A DNA stretch of 64,000 nucleotides from contig BTWA01000003.1 in NCBI GenBank assembly GCA_045863295.1, positions 192,001-256,000 on the forward strand, written 5' to 3'. Numbering within the stretch: the first letter of the stretch is position 1; every line of letters starts with the position of its first letter. Position numbers and translations under genes: made by a program. Source of the stretch: Candidatus Hydrogenedentota bacterium. GTDB taxonomy: Bacteria > Hydrogenedentota > Hydrogenedentia > Hydrogenedentales > SLHB01. Of the stretch, positions 1 through 10,058 are shown piece by piece. The notes under the pieces were generated by a model, which saw only the letters and a program-made list of their open reading frames with translations, was not told where the DNA came from and did not search any database.

Positions 1-548
1 AGGTGCATATCCCCCGTATAGCCATGTTGGTACCGCTTCCCATCGGCTTCGTGATCGCAATCAATGCGCACGACACGCTCCCTCGTCTCCAGATTGAATA
101 CCAACACGCTGTAGTCGCCGCCGCCCGCGACATAAAGCGTCTTGCTGTCCGGCGAAAAGGCGAGCCCCATGAACACTGCATCCAGCACACCTTCATGGGC
201 AGTGCCTTCCTCGGGTATCCGATAAACCAGAGGCTCGCTCGGCGCCGCCATATCCAATACAGTAAGTTCTGGACCGTCGGAACTCGCAGCCACCACCCAT
301 CGGCCATCAGGACTTTGCGCTAGACCGTAAGGATGCGGTTGCACCCGAATCATCCGGCCCATAGGCGTGATCATGCGGCCATTGGGAAGAATCGACGTAC
401 CTGAAACCCGCGTCTCGACATACCGGTCGCCGGATGGCGCGCCGGAAACAAGTCCGGTCCCACGCCGGCCAATCCGCTCCTGGGCAACGGCCACGGAAAT
501 CGCACAAATGCAAGACACCACAATCAGAACCCGGCGAACGTACCGCAT
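1..548 (-). CDS. Secreted YncE-like beta-propeller protein (probably bifunctional YncE/phosphoesterase), partial, runs off the window edge
   Basis: Not in the ORF track. Manual translation from ATG at 548 gives MRYVRRVLIVVSCICAISVAVAQ (signal peptide)...ILPNGRMITPMG...HPYGLAQSPDG...GLAFSPDSKTLYV, resembling the N-terminus of 56136..58790. Confidence 0.7.
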   Translation of the reverse strand, partial: MRYVRRVLIVVSCICAISVAVAQERIGRRGTGLVSGAPSGDRYVETRVSGTSILPNGRMITPMGRMIRVQPHPYGLAQSPDGRWVVAASSDGPELTVLDMAAPSEPLVYRIPEEGTAHEGVLDAVFMGLAFSPDSKTLYVAGGGDYSVLVFNLETRERVVRIDCDHEADGKRYQHGYTGDMH

Positions 549-591
549 GACAATTCCCCCAAAATTGATGAATCCGCAGGCAAATCGGCCG

Positions 592-1905
592 CTAGGCCTC
601 CCATGCCTTCAATGTCTTTTCATAGCGGAACACTTCGTGCGCGTTACCACGCATGATACGGTTTACGGTATCCGAAACCGTGTCCGCGTCCAACCATCCT
701 TCGTCCACAAGCTCGCTGATGGCTTGCGCAATACCCTTCCGCGCTATCGCCGCGTGACCCGGCACCATCTCCACCGGAAGGTAATCGCCCCCAAATGTAA
801 ACAACTTGGTGGCCGGCGCCGCCAGCAAAAACTCCTTCACAAACCGGACGCTGGCCATCGGATTAATAATCCAAGCCCAGCACATGTCGACATACGCATT
901 TGGATAGTGCTTCGCCAGTGCCACCGCTTCATCCTGGTACGGATACGATATGTGCATGATGACAAACCGCGCATCCGGGTGTTGCTTCAAAATCGGGCAC
1001 AGGTCGCCCGCATTCGCTCGCACCCGATGCAATGGCATGCCACCGTGCCCGGCGAAATAGCCCGTATGCAGTTTCACCGGCAAGTCGTATTCCACTGCCT
1101 TTCGGATGCAGTAATGAAACAGGTGATCCTGCACAGCCTTCTGCTCATGTTCCGCAAGCGCATTCTTGTCCCGAACGTACCGTTCAAAAATCGCCGCCGC
1201 GTCATCCGCCGGCACGTCGTCGTAGTCCAGGCGGCGCCCATAGGCACTCTGATTCTTGACCGCGATCGCCTTGGGTCCATAGGTCGCAAACACCCAGTCC
1301 ACAACTTCATGCCAGTCTTTCAGAGTGACAACCTCGCGGTTCATACGTTCCGCATAGGGCGTCACGTTCAAGCCGCTGCTCAAGCCGACGAAACTCAAGT
1401 CTTGGCACAACAGATCGGGATACTGTGTCAGGTTAAAAACCGGATCCTCGAAGTTGTTGACTTGCGCGTGCTCAATTCGCGAAACCTCGCGCAAAATCCG
1501 GTTGTAATATCCGGGTTGGATCTGAGCCTTCACTTGCTCCGATATGCGTTCGTAATTGTCCTCGCGCAAATCGTCTTCCCCGTAGAGCATGCGAACCGAC
1601 TCACGCACATTCTGCAAATAACCGGTATTGCCCGCGCGCGAGTAATAGGGCGCGACCAGCTTCCACTTCTCATGCACTTCCACCGAAGGATCCACCAGCC
1701 GCTTGTGATCGTCCGGCGGCATGCCGGCCACAATCAAATCGGAGTTGGTATAGTGCATGAACAAGATGCTGAAATCGGGAGGCTGCGGAAATCCTCCGGG
1801 ATGCTCCAACGCCGCAAGGCGCGTGCGTTCCTCCCACAGGTGTTCGTGCGTATCCACGAACGCCGTATCCTGAACCAGTTCGCGAATCTCGTTGCTCACA
1901 CTCAT
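592..1905 (-). CDS. Amidohydrolase family protein (Amidohydro_2 / uronate isomerase-like TIM barrel)
   Basis: DTHEH metal motif, LHTG, FVIMH, YVDMCW, FGGD; GGAGG RBS upstream. Confidence 0.85.
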   Translation of the reverse strand: MSVSNEIRELVQDTAFVDTHEHLWEERTRLAALEHPGGFPQPPDFSILFMHYTNSDLIVAGMPPDDHKRLVDPSVEVHEKWKLVAPYYSRAGNTGYLQNVRESVRMLYGEDDLREDNYERISEQVKAQIQPGYYNRILREVSRIEHAQVNNFEDPVFNLTQYPDLLCQDLSFVGLSSGLNVTPYAERMNREVVTLKDWHEVVDWVFATYGPKAIAVKNQSAYGRRLDYDDVPADDAAAIFERYVRDKNALAEHEQKAVQDHLFHYCIRKAVEYDLPVKLHTGYFAGHGGMPLHRVRANAGDLCPILKQHPDARFVIMHISYPYQDEAVALAKHYPNAYVDMCWAWIINPMASVRFVKEFLLAAPATKLFTFGGDYLPVEMVPGHAAIARKGIAQAISELVDEGWLDADTVSDTVNRIMRGNAHEVFRYEKTLKAWEA

Positions 1906-2031
1906 GAACCACCTCCCCTCGTGCCCATACGGTGAACGGCACGTACAATACGTCCCATGAAACGAAGGCCATTCCCCTATCCGGTAGACAAGACATCTTC
2001 ATCGCAGGCGCTCACGGCCCTTGCAGTCCTG

Positions 2032-3015
2032 CTAAGGCAGACCGTCATACAGACGCCGAAAGGCGTCTGTCACCTTATCGTCCCCGCGAAGGCCGACACG
2101 CTCCCTCACCGGCTCCGCAGACGCTTCGAGCATCCCCACGGCCTCCAACGCGCGAATGGATTCAATCGCCAACTCGGCTGCTTCTCTTTCGATCACGTCT
2201 AACAAAAACGCAATACCCTCTTCGGTCCGCGTCAGTGCTATCGGCAACAGGAGTCCAAAGCGCTCGGCACTGCGCGGCAAAGTCGACCAGAAATCGGACA
2301 ACATAGCCACGGCTTCCGGCGATCGCGTCTCGCCCAACGCCAGCGCCGCGCCCGGCCACACGTCACGATTGCCTCCATGAAGTATCCGCCGCAAGAATGG
2401 AAGTGTCTCGTCCGAATCAAATGTGGACAGCGCACTCAGGCATTCCGCAATAACCTCCGGTTCATCCCCGCCCTGCAACACTTTCAAGCGCAGCACCAAT
2501 TCACACTCGTGCCGGCCAAGGTGTGCCAGCGCACGCGCAGCACCCATGCGCGCTTCTGGCTGAGGATCAACCAACAGATCGGTCAGCAGAAACGATACGC
2601 CCGGATAATTCAGCCGAATCAAGCCGCCCGCGCATTTCACGCGAAGGCCCCCGGCCGTGTCCACCGATTTGCCCCAAACCGGCTCCAGTTGTACGTAGCG
2701 GATCCCTTTCAGAAAGAGATCGGCCGCGTCATAGTCCAAATCGTTCAGCGCATCCACTACCGCCATCTTCGCAACGCAACCGGGGTCCTGCTCCGGCGCG
2801 TCGCAACAACGAAAAAAAACCGATTCCAGATCAAGACGAAAACCTGCAATCCGGTTCGACGAAATGATGCGGGCGGCACGTGCAGCCAAAGCCCCGTGTT
2901 TGCTTTTGAGGCACAACCGCAAATACGCAGACGCCGATTCATCCATCCCGATGCCCATCGACTCCAGTTCGGCCAATCGGGATAACCCTTCTTTCACAGG
3001 ATCGCGCTTCGCCAA
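2032..3015 (-). CDS. HEAT-repeat protein
   Basis: Repeated helical units (LLVDPQPEARMGAARALAHLG, AALALGETRSPEAVAML). Start moved to TTG at 3015 after GGAGGGG; the ORF track extends it to 3114. Confidence 0.75.
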   Translation of the reverse strand: MAKRDPVKEGLSRLAELESMGIGMDESASAYLRLCLKSKHGALAARAARIISSNRIAGFRLDLESVFFRCCDAPEQDPGCVAKMAVVDALNDLDYDAADLFLKGIRYVQLEPVWGKSVDTAGGLRVKCAGGLIRLNYPGVSFLLTDLLVDPQPEARMGAARALAHLGRHECELVLRLKVLQGGDEPEVIAECLSALSTFDSDETLPFLRRILHGGNRDVWPGAALALGETRSPEAVAMLSDFWSTLPRSAERFGLLLPIALTRTEEGIAFLLDVIEREAAELAIESIRALEAVGMLEASAEPVRERVGLRGDDKVTDAFRRLYDGLP

Positions 3016-3103
3016 AACATCCCCTCCGGCGCCGCCGTCAGACCGCATCGCGCATGAGCTCAGAAGAAGTAGCACACAACATACACCCTTCGGCCTTTCG
3101 CTT

Positions 3104-3484
3104 TCACTCGCCACCTGCTTCCTCGGGTCGCACGGTAAAACATCGGGGTGGGCTCGACTGTGCGATCGAGCGTAGCTTCAATAGCGAACGCTTCACACCG
3201 CGCAGCGCCGACGTCGGATTGGTACCGGTCCGTTCACTGATCTCGCGATAAGTCAGGCCCTCGAAATAGTAGAGTGTGAGGTATTCGCGCTGACGGGCGG
3301 AAAGATGCTCATCCATCTGCCCCTGAATCCACGCAAGCATGTGCCGCTTTTCTTCTCCCCATACCAACCCCGCCTCCACCTCGTCCGGAGACTCGTACCA
3401 CGGTCCGCTCTCCTGCGCAAAGTAGCTCAGCAACTCCGGGCACATGGACACCGCAAATCGATCCGCGCCTCGCTTTTTCTCCAT
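3104..3484 (-). CDS. Sigma-70 region 4 (HTH)-only protein
   Basis: LSARQREYLTLYYFEGLTYREISERTG...RSLLKLR is a typical region-4 signature; GGAGG RBS before ATG 3484. Confidence 0.75.
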   Translation of the reverse strand: MEKKRGADRFAVSMCPELLSYFAQESGPWYESPDEVEAGLVWGEEKRHMLAWIQGQMDEHLSARQREYLTLYYFEGLTYREISERTGTNPTSALRGVKRSLLKLRSIAQSSPPRCFTVRPEEAGGE

Positions 3485-3718
3485 ATCGGCCTCCCGTTGC
3501 CGGAGAAAATGTGCGCGGCGAAATTGCAGCACCTTCTCTGCCTCCGGCTTTAGGAGGCCGAAGTTAAGACGCAGCCGGTGAAAAAATACTGCACAAACGA
3601 GGTGTAAATTCTTAGATTGTCGCGGAGGCGCTCCGGAAATTACCGGTGAGGGTGGAAAGAAATCGTAAAGAAATAACCATCGGAAGAAATGGGCTGAAAG
3701 TATGCCAATGCTGCGACT

Positions 3719-3937
3719 TCAGCCAGGGAGACGATGGACTTCAACCGCTTCCGTCAACACACGTAGCCGCTTCTGTACTACTTGAAGCGATCGGGATATG
3801 CCGCGAAGCCTGGACAAGTCCATGTCTTCGCCCGGCTTCGACGCTCGTTCCATCTCATCATGCAAATCGGCCAAGGCGTCCTCAAGCGCCTGCAGCGTGA
3901 GAACCGCATCTGCCTTAAAATAGTGTATGCTGCCCAT
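3719..3937 (-). CDS. Small helical hypothetical protein (72 aa)
   Basis: Amphipathic helical pattern (LQALEDALADLHDEMER...LQVVQKRLRVL); no recognisable family. Confidence 0.5.
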   Translation of the reverse strand: MGSIHYFKADAVLTLQALEDALADLHDEMERASKPGEDMDLSRLRGISRSLQVVQKRLRVLTEAVEVHRLPG

Positions 3938-4211
3938 GAGCAATTCGCGCAATTCTCGTTAACTGCTTTGAGACGACTCAGGGGACGGACACATTTGAGC
4001 CCAAGACGCATGTCGTCCCACTCGGTACGCGCAAGTTTGATACCAAGGCTTGGGCACCGGACTAACATTCTGCTAACCTTGTACTTAGCCCGGAACGGCC
4101 CGCATTCGTGCTAGGACAGACCAAGGGCATAAGACAGTAAACTATTGTCAAAACTGACCAACTCTTGGCCCCCGGTATCGTCCCGTGGAGTCAAACCGGC
4201 AAGGAGGATTC

Positions 4212-4655
4212 ATGTCGATTCGCGCCACCATTCAGGACGCCATTAAAACCGCTATGAAGGACAAACAAAAAATCCGGCTCGAATGTCTCCGAATGGTTAA
4301 GGGCGCTCTTTTACTCAAGGAAAAAGAAACCGGATCCGGTGAAGTCAGCGATGAAGATGCGACTGCCGTCCTTCGCAGAGAGGCCAAAAAGCGCCGTGAA
4401 ACCGCTGAGTTGCTCCGCAGCCTCGGCAAAACCGACGAAGCTGCAGTCGCGGAAGAAGAAGTGACCATCATTGAAGAGTTTCTCCCACGCCAGTTGTCAG
4501 CCGAGGCCTTGGAAGCGAAAGTGCGCGCCTACCTCTTGGAACACCCCGAGGTGAATCACGCCGGTAAGCTCACAGGGGCCATGAAAAAGGAACTGGGCGA
4601 TCTGGCGGAAGGCAAAATGTTGAACGAGATCTGTCAAAAAGTGCTCGCCGGATGA
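4212..4655 (+). CDS. GatB/YqeY domain protein
   Basis: IKTAMKDK...LRMVK...EAKKRRE...IEEFLPRQLS; AAGGAGG RBS. Confidence 0.9.
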   Translation: MSIRATIQDAIKTAMKDKQKIRLECLRMVKGALLLKEKETGSGEVSDEDATAVLRREAKKRRETAELLRSLGKTDEAAVAEEEVTIIEEFLPRQLSAEALEAKVRAYLLEHPEVNHAGKLTGAMKKELGDLAEGKMLNEICQKVLAG

Positions 4656-5416
4656 ACAACGAAACCGGTGTGGAGACACCCCCGCCAGCCGCGGTCGCTC
4701 CGCACAAGCGATACACGCGAAATTCCCTGGCACTTATGCTCGGCGCGGGGCTCGTGTTGGGGTATGTCGGCGCATGCGGCACCACGGGGACGTGGCTGAA
4801 CGGACCAACACCCAACGGCCAACCTACGCCAGCGCCTTCGGAAACAGGTTGGATAAACTTGCTCGACAAAGAAAATGCAAAGAATTGGAAAAACGTCACT
4901 GACGACGCTGAAATCTTCGAGATCGCCAACAACGAATTGCATATATTCGGAAAGACCCTGTTTCCCTTGCGCTATGTGGCCTACGGGGATCAGACGTTTT
5001 CGGATTTCGATCTGCACATCGAGTACAAAGTCGAAAGGAAAGCGAATAGCGGGGTGTTCCTCCGAGCCCATCCGGACGATCCGGTGGTTCGCGGATTCGA
5101 AGTACAAGTGCTGGACGATTTCGGACGTCCTCCCAATCGCCACACCAGCGGAGCCATCTACGATGTCGTTTCTCCCATGCATAACATGTCGAGGCCACGC
5201 GGTCAGTGGAACTCCTTTGACATTTCGGTGGTCAATAAAGAAATCTCGGTGCGTATGAATGGGTGGCTAGTGGTTACCTCGGACTTCGGACAAATGACCG
5301 AACCCCTGGGTAAATTCAAAGTGCCTTACACAGAACTGCCCCTGGAGGGACTGCTCGCCCTGCAAGACCATGGCGGCGAGGTCTGGTACCGCAACATCTG
5401 GATTCGCAAACGGTAG
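4652..5416 (+). CDS. DUF1080 / 3-keto-disaccharide hydrolase family protein
   Basis: FSDFDLHIEYK, ANSGVFLR, FEVQVLD, GAIYD, GQWN, LQDHGGEVWYRNI; ATGA overlap with the upstream gene. Confidence 0.9.
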   Translation: MNNETGVETPPPAAVAPHKRYTRNSLALMLGAGLVLGYVGACGTTGTWLNGPTPNGQPTPAPSETGWINLLDKENAKNWKNVTDDAEIFEIANNELHIFGKTLFPLRYVAYGDQTFSDFDLHIEYKVERKANSGVFLRAHPDDPVVRGFEVQVLDDFGRPPNRHTSGAIYDVVSPMHNMSRPRGQWNSFDISVVNKEISVRMNGWLVVTSDFGQMTEPLGKFKVPYTELPLEGLLALQDHGGEVWYRNIWIRKR

Positions 5417-5519
5417 TGGATACCAAAATGAACTTTTTGCCACACGATACAATGCCGCTTCTAATTCGCACCCAATATATGGTATGTATAAGGCGTTCCA
5501 TCACGAATCGGGGGATCCA

Positions 5520-6026
5520 ATGGGGAACACACAAGTAGCCCTCTTGCGCACCATGCTGGATATGTCCACGCTGGAAACTGTACAAGTCGCCGAGTCCGTG
5601 CCCGAAAATGCGCGGTTTCTGCAGATTCGGCAAGGCAAGGCCCACCCGGCGTGGCTCCTAGGGCATTTGGCCAATACCCTGAATGTCGTCGTACTTCAAT
5701 GGGTATTGGAAAAGGAATCCGTGACCCCCAAGGGGTTCAATCGACGTTTTGCACCGGATTTCGCAGGCGGCCTGCCCATTACTGGAGAGGCCGGCGACTA
5801 CCCGGCATGGAGTGAAATCCTGGACACGTATAACGGGGTGCGCACGCAAGTTATGGGGTCGATGCTCGATTTGCAGGATGAAGAACTGCCTAATCCCTTG
5901 AAAGGACGCGTCCCGGATCCGCTGCGGTCCTTCTTTGACACCAACATTTCCACGCTTATGCGAATGATTCGGCATGACAGCTATCACCGGGGGCAGATGG
6001 CCCTGTTGGGAAAGAGCCTCAGTTGA
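5520..6026 (+). CDS. DinB/YfiT family protein
   Basis: HPAWLLGHLA and HDSYHRGQ His triad. Confidence 0.85.
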   Translation: MGNTQVALLRTMLDMSTLETVQVAESVPENARFLQIRQGKAHPAWLLGHLANTLNVVVLQWVLEKESVTPKGFNRRFAPDFAGGLPITGEAGDYPAWSEILDTYNGVRTQVMGSMLDLQDEELPNPLKGRVPDPLRSFFDTNISTLMRMIRHDSYHRGQMALLGKSLS

Positions 6027-6159
6027 TGGCCGGTAACCGTCAATTTTTGTCGCAACGGGACAGTCCACGTCACGCATCGCCACATCGCAGTGCGAAATCA
6101 TTTTTTTCTGGAATTTCTAACCGGTTTCGGATAAGGATGTTAGACAATTCCGTTCCCAC

Positions 6160-6174
6160 TGGCATGCCGATTGC
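6160..6174 (+). promoter_or_regulatory. Sigma-54 (-24/-12) promoter of the pilin gene
   Basis: TGGCATGCCGATTGC matches TGGCA-N6-TTGC with exact GG-N10-GC spacing, about 115 nt before the pilin ATG. Confidence 0.7.
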
Positions 6175-6287
6175 CATGGAGTGAATGTCACGGCGTGATC
6201 AAGGCCGGGCTCCGGTAGGCCTGGTTTTCGAAGGTAGCTTGAACTAGGGAATCAGCTTGGGTTCCAACGCAGCAGGAGGAAGGTTCG

Positions 6288-6785
6288 ATGAAAGGTTCCA
6301 GTAAAAAGACAGGTTTCACGTTGATTGAGTTGATGATCGTGGTGGCCATTATCGCGATTATCGCGGCGATCGCCATCCCCAACCTGCTTCGCTCGCGGAT
6401 GAGCGCGAACGAAGCGGGTGCGGCAGGCGCCATGCGCACCATCTCCACGGGCGAAGTGTCGTTTCAAACGGCCGGTTTCGTGGATGCGGACAGCGACGGC
6501 GTAGGCGACTACGGCACCTTGGCGCAGTTGGCCAACCCCGACGGCGCGGGCGCGACGCCTCCGTTCATTGACTCGGTGCTCGGCCTTGGCCGCAAGCACG
6601 GGTATGTGTTCACCGTGGCCGTGACCAACGGTTCCAACACGGCGCTGCCGGCCTACACCTGCACCGCCACCCCGGCTTCCGCGGGCCGCACCGGCTACCG
6701 CCAGTACTTCGTGGACGAGTCCGGCGTGATTCGCTTCACCGCCGACGGCTCCGCAGTCAGCGTCAGCTCGCCCCCGATGAACTAA
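6288..6785 (+). CDS. Type IV pilin-like protein (prepilin N-terminal cleavage/methylation)
   Basis: KKTG/FTLIELMIVVAIIAIIAAIAIPNL class III signal; C-terminal GYRQYFVDESGVIR; DADSDG motif; GGAGG RBS. Confidence 0.9.
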   Translation: MKGSSKKTGFTLIELMIVVAIIAIIAAIAIPNLLRSRMSANEAGAAGAMRTISTGEVSFQTAGFVDADSDGVGDYGTLAQLANPDGAGATPPFIDSVLGLGRKHGYVFTVAVTNGSNTALPAYTCTATPASAGRTGYRQYFVDESGVIRFTADGSAVSVSSPPMN

Positions 6786-6811
6786 GCGGTTCGCACAGTA
6801 CTGATCCCGAA

Positions 6812-6858
6812 TGGGCAGGCGGCCCGGGTAAGATTCCCGGGCCGCTTGCCGTATTTTG
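6812..6858 (+). terminator. Intrinsic terminator after the pilin gene
   Basis: GGCAGGCGGCCCGGG-loop-CCCGGGCCGCTTGCC followed by GTATTTT. Confidence 0.6.
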
Positions 6859-7171
6859 CGGCAAAAGTTGGGTACAATGAATACGAGGGATGCGTGATTC
6901 GTCACCTCCATGACATGGTGGCGCCGAATACATGTCTCGTGCCACTTGTTAGAGAAACGTTAGCACAGCTATCGGGTATACATAGTACTGAGCGTGCCAA
7001 AGCCGCTGAAATTCGGCGAATGACATACCTGTTCCATTATGGACCCACAGGGTAAGAATTTAATGGACATTTCGGTTGACGCCGAGTAAGCTTAGGACCT
7101 TGACGTGCCGTCTCGGGAGTCAGCATGACGGCACAGCAACAGCAGTAACGTTGTGAAAGAAGGGTTTGGCA

Positions 7172-7519
7172 ATGTCGGATGGCCATGCCATATCAATGAC
7201 CCAATCGTGCAAACTCACGCGGGCGGAAAAGTCCGCGGTAGAAATGCACCGCCGCGAAATGGAAGCCGCTACCGGTTGTCCATGCGATCAGGACACCGCC
7301 CTCGAAGATTGGCTGAAACACCACGCTGTTAAGTGGCGCGAACGTTGGCAGGCGGAGTATCTGGCCGCGCAACGTGCCGAAATCGAGCGCTACAAGTGGA
7401 TTGAATCCGAAAAGGCCTGTTGCGATTTGGGCCGTGGCGCGGTGCTCAACTGGATCCAGAACCATGCCGCCGCATGGCGCATGTGGTACGAACAGGAACA
7501 CGGCGAACTCGCCGACTGA
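7172..7519 (+). CDS. Small Trp-rich protein, DUF4032-like, with an internal duplication
   Basis: EIERYKWIESEKACCDLG..AVLNWIQNHAAAWR motif, preceded by a related half (ALEDWLKHHAVKWR). Confidence 0.7.
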   Translation: MSDGHAISMTQSCKLTRAEKSAVEMHRREMEAATGCPCDQDTALEDWLKHHAVKWRERWQAEYLAAQRAEIERYKWIESEKACCDLGRGAVLNWIQNHAAAWRMWYEQEHGELAD

Positions 7520-7638
7520 CCCGCCCCATTTCCCGCCTCAAACTCGATTAATGGATATCCCCAAGTCTGGAACCATTCCCGTTTGCCCCGCTGTCCTGCT
7601 TGCATGTTCAAATACGAATTCTGTACCGTTGTGCACAG

Positions 7639-7654
7639 TTGGCATTTGCCATGC
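7639..7654 (+). promoter_or_regulatory. Possible sigma-54 promoter for the clp-FHA operon
   Basis: TTGGCATTTGCCATGC has GG-N10-GC spacing 50 nt before the GTG start; the -12 element is ATGC rather than TTGC. Confidence 0.35.
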
Positions 7655-7703
7655 GGGGTGGGGTTGGTTAAGGGTCCTTCGAACCATATCCGGAATCTGA
7701 ACT

Positions 7704-10058
7704 GTGCACGTTCCCGTGTCCCCGGAAATTAATCGACTGCTCGACGATGCCGCTGAGGCAAGCGTCAGACGCGGCCGGTTTTACGTCGGCGTCGAATTTG
7801 TTTACGAATCCCTGTTGGCCAACGCGGACGCCCTGCCTAAACCGTTCCGCTCGCAATACGAAAGTACCCTAAAGGCCGCGCTCCCCGAGATGGGCCGCGA
7901 GGCCTGGCGCGGCTCGATGCCCACGGCGAATCCGGAGGTGTTCTACACTCCCCGCTGCGCCGCGCTGACGTCGCAGGCCGCACGCCTGGCCGCACGGTTG
8001 GGCAACGAGCAACCTTCCGCCGGACATCTCCTGTTAGCCATTCTGGCCGATGCTCAGGCCGCACCGAGCCGCGCTATCGACAGACTTGGCAAGAATCGCG
8101 GAGAAATGATTCAAGCCCTCCGAAACGAATTGCTGAAGAAGAGCGGTGGAACTATCGTTGAACAGGAGAACAGAACCTCCGCGACTCGCTCGGATAGTGC
8201 GTCCCAAGCGGCCGGACCGGAGGAAGCGGAACCGGCGGCGCCCAAACAGGGCGTGTTGGAGAAGCTAACCCGCGATCTCACAAAGATGGCGGTCAACGGA
8301 AAACTAGAACCAGCCATCGGCCGCGACCAGGACATCATGACCATGGTAGAGATCCTGGCTCGCAAGACGAAAAACAACGTCATGCTCGTGGGCGAAGCCG
8401 GTGTCGGCAAGACGCGCGTGGTGGAAGGGCTGGCGGCCTCCATTGTAACAGGAGGCATGGGCGGCATCCTGCCAAACTACCGCATTCTGGAATTGAGCCT
8501 CGCGGCGCTTACCGCCGGCACGCAGTACCGCGGTCAGTTTGAAGAGAAGTTGCTCAAGCTTCTGGAGAAACTGAAAAGCGATGACAAGACGGTGCTGTTC
8601 ATCGACGAAGCGCACCTCATCATGGGCAGCGGAAGCGTGGAAGGCGGCACAATGGATCTCGCCAACATGCTCAAGCCGGCCCTTGCCCGCGGCGAGATTC
8701 GTTGCATTGGCGCTACAACCATGGCGGAATACCGCAAATTCATCGAAAAAGATCCCGCCATGGAACGGCGGTTTCAACTTGTGCGCATCGAACCGCTCTC
8801 GACCGCGGCTACATATGACGTATTGAAGAAGATGCGCCCGTCGCTCGAAAAGCACCATCAGTGCAAGATCAGCAAGACCGCCCTAAAGGCCGCCATCGAG
8901 TTGACCGAACGATACATGCCCAACCGGCAACTGCCGGACAAGGCCATCGACGTGCTGGATCAGGCCTGCTCGCGGTACCGGTTAAAGCAGGTCGCCGCGA
9001 AGAGCAACCCGAAGCTGTTCGAAAGTTCGCAATCGGGAGACGACGAAGACAAGGTCCGGCCGCATGACGTGCGTAAAGTCGTGAGCCGCGCCACGGGCAT
9101 TCCCATCGAAGATATCACCGCCGAGGAACGCGTCCGCCTGAGCGATCTCGAGCGCAAACTGAACCGCCGCATCATCGGCCAGGAAGAGGCCGTCGCGAAA
9201 GTGGTGGCGGCCGTAAAAAAATCGCGCGCAGGACTCGGCGCGCGCAACCGCCCCGAATCCGTCATGATGTTTCTCGGACCGACCGGCGTGGGCAAGACCC
9301 AACTCGCCAAGGAACTCTCGAAGTTCCTCTTCGGTTCCACAAACCACCTGATCACGTTCGACATGTCCGAGTATCTCGAAGAACATTCGGTCTCCCGCTT
9401 GCTCGGCGCCCCGCCCGGATACGTCGGCAGCGACGAGGAAGGCCGCCTGACCGCCGCCGTGCGCAATGCCCCGTTTTCCGTGTTGCTTTTCGACGAAGTG
9501 GAAAAGGCGCATCGGCGCATCTTTGATATCTTTCTGCCCATACTCGACGAGGGCCGCCTGAAGGATTCGCGCGGACGGATGGTGGATTTCCGCCATTGCA
9601 TCATCCTGTTTACGTCCAACATCGGTGCTGAATTCGCCAAGCGCGGCGGAGATACGGAGGACCGGCACGTGCTGCTCGACGCGCTGCACAAACACTTCCG
9701 GCCCGAGTTCATCAACCGCATCGACGAAATCGTGCCGTTCTATCCGCTCGTTTTCGAAGACATCCGCAAGGTCCTGCAGGTCTCCCTGCGCGACGCGCAG
9801 AAACGCCTGATGGACAAAGGCATGAAATTGCGCGTCTACCAACGTGCCTACGAATTCCTTGCGGAGCAGGGGTACGACGCCAAATTCGGAGCGCGCGAAC
9901 TGAACCGCACCGTAGAGCGCCTCGTCGTGCAACCCGTCAGCGAAGCCATTATCGACGGCCGCTTTGCAAACGGCGACGTGATCGAAGTGCTCATGGAAAA
10001 CGGCCATCTCGCCTTCCAGAAGGGTGAACACCGGGCCGAAGCGGAGGCCGTCCGATGA
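7704..10058 (+). CDS. Hsp100/Clp family AAA+ ATPase (Clp_N domain plus two NBDs)
   Basis: [21 protein letters not shown] pore loop, [39 protein letters not shown]. Confidence 0.92.
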   Translation: MHVPVSPEINRLLDDAAEASVRRGRFYVGVEFVYESLLANADALPKPFRSQYESTLKAALPEMGREAWRGSMPTANPEVFYTPRCAALTSQAARLAARLGNEQPSAGHLLLAILADAQAAPSRAIDRLGKNRGEMIQALRNELLKKSGGTIVEQENRTSATRSDSASQAAGPEEAEPAAPKQGVLEKLTRDLTKMAVNGKLEPAIGRDQDIMTMVEILARKTKNNVMLVGEAGVGKTRVVEGLAASIVTGGMGGILPNYRILELSLAALTAGTQYRGQFEEKLLKLLEKLKSDDKTVLFIDEAHLIMGSGSVEGGTMDLANMLKPALARGEIRCIGATTMAEYRKFIEKDPAMERRFQLVRIEPLSTAATYDVLKKMRPSLEKHHQCKISKTALKAAIELTERYMPNRQLPDKAIDVLDQACSRYRLKQVAAKSNPKLFESSQSGDDEDKVRPHDVRKVVSRATGIPIEDITAEERVRLSDLERKLNRRIIGQEEAVAKVVAAVKKSRAGLGARNRPESVMMFLGPTGVGKTQLAKELSKFLFGSTNHLITFDMSEYLEEHSVSRLLGAPPGYVGSDEEGRLTAAVRNAPFSVLLFDEVEKAHRRIFDIFLPILDEGRLKDSRGRMVDFRHCIILFTSNIGAEFAKRGGDTEDRHVLLDALHKHFRPEFINRIDEIVPFYPLVFEDIRKVLQVSLRDAQKRLMDKGMKLRVYQRAYEFLAEQGYDAKFGARELNRTVERLVVQPVSEAIIDGRFANGDVIEVLMENGHLAFQKGEHRAEAEAVR

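Noticed and set aside
6984..7000. Minus-strand sigma-54 site TTGGCACG
   Set aside because: The -12 position reads AC rather than GC, and there is no minus-strand gene downstream
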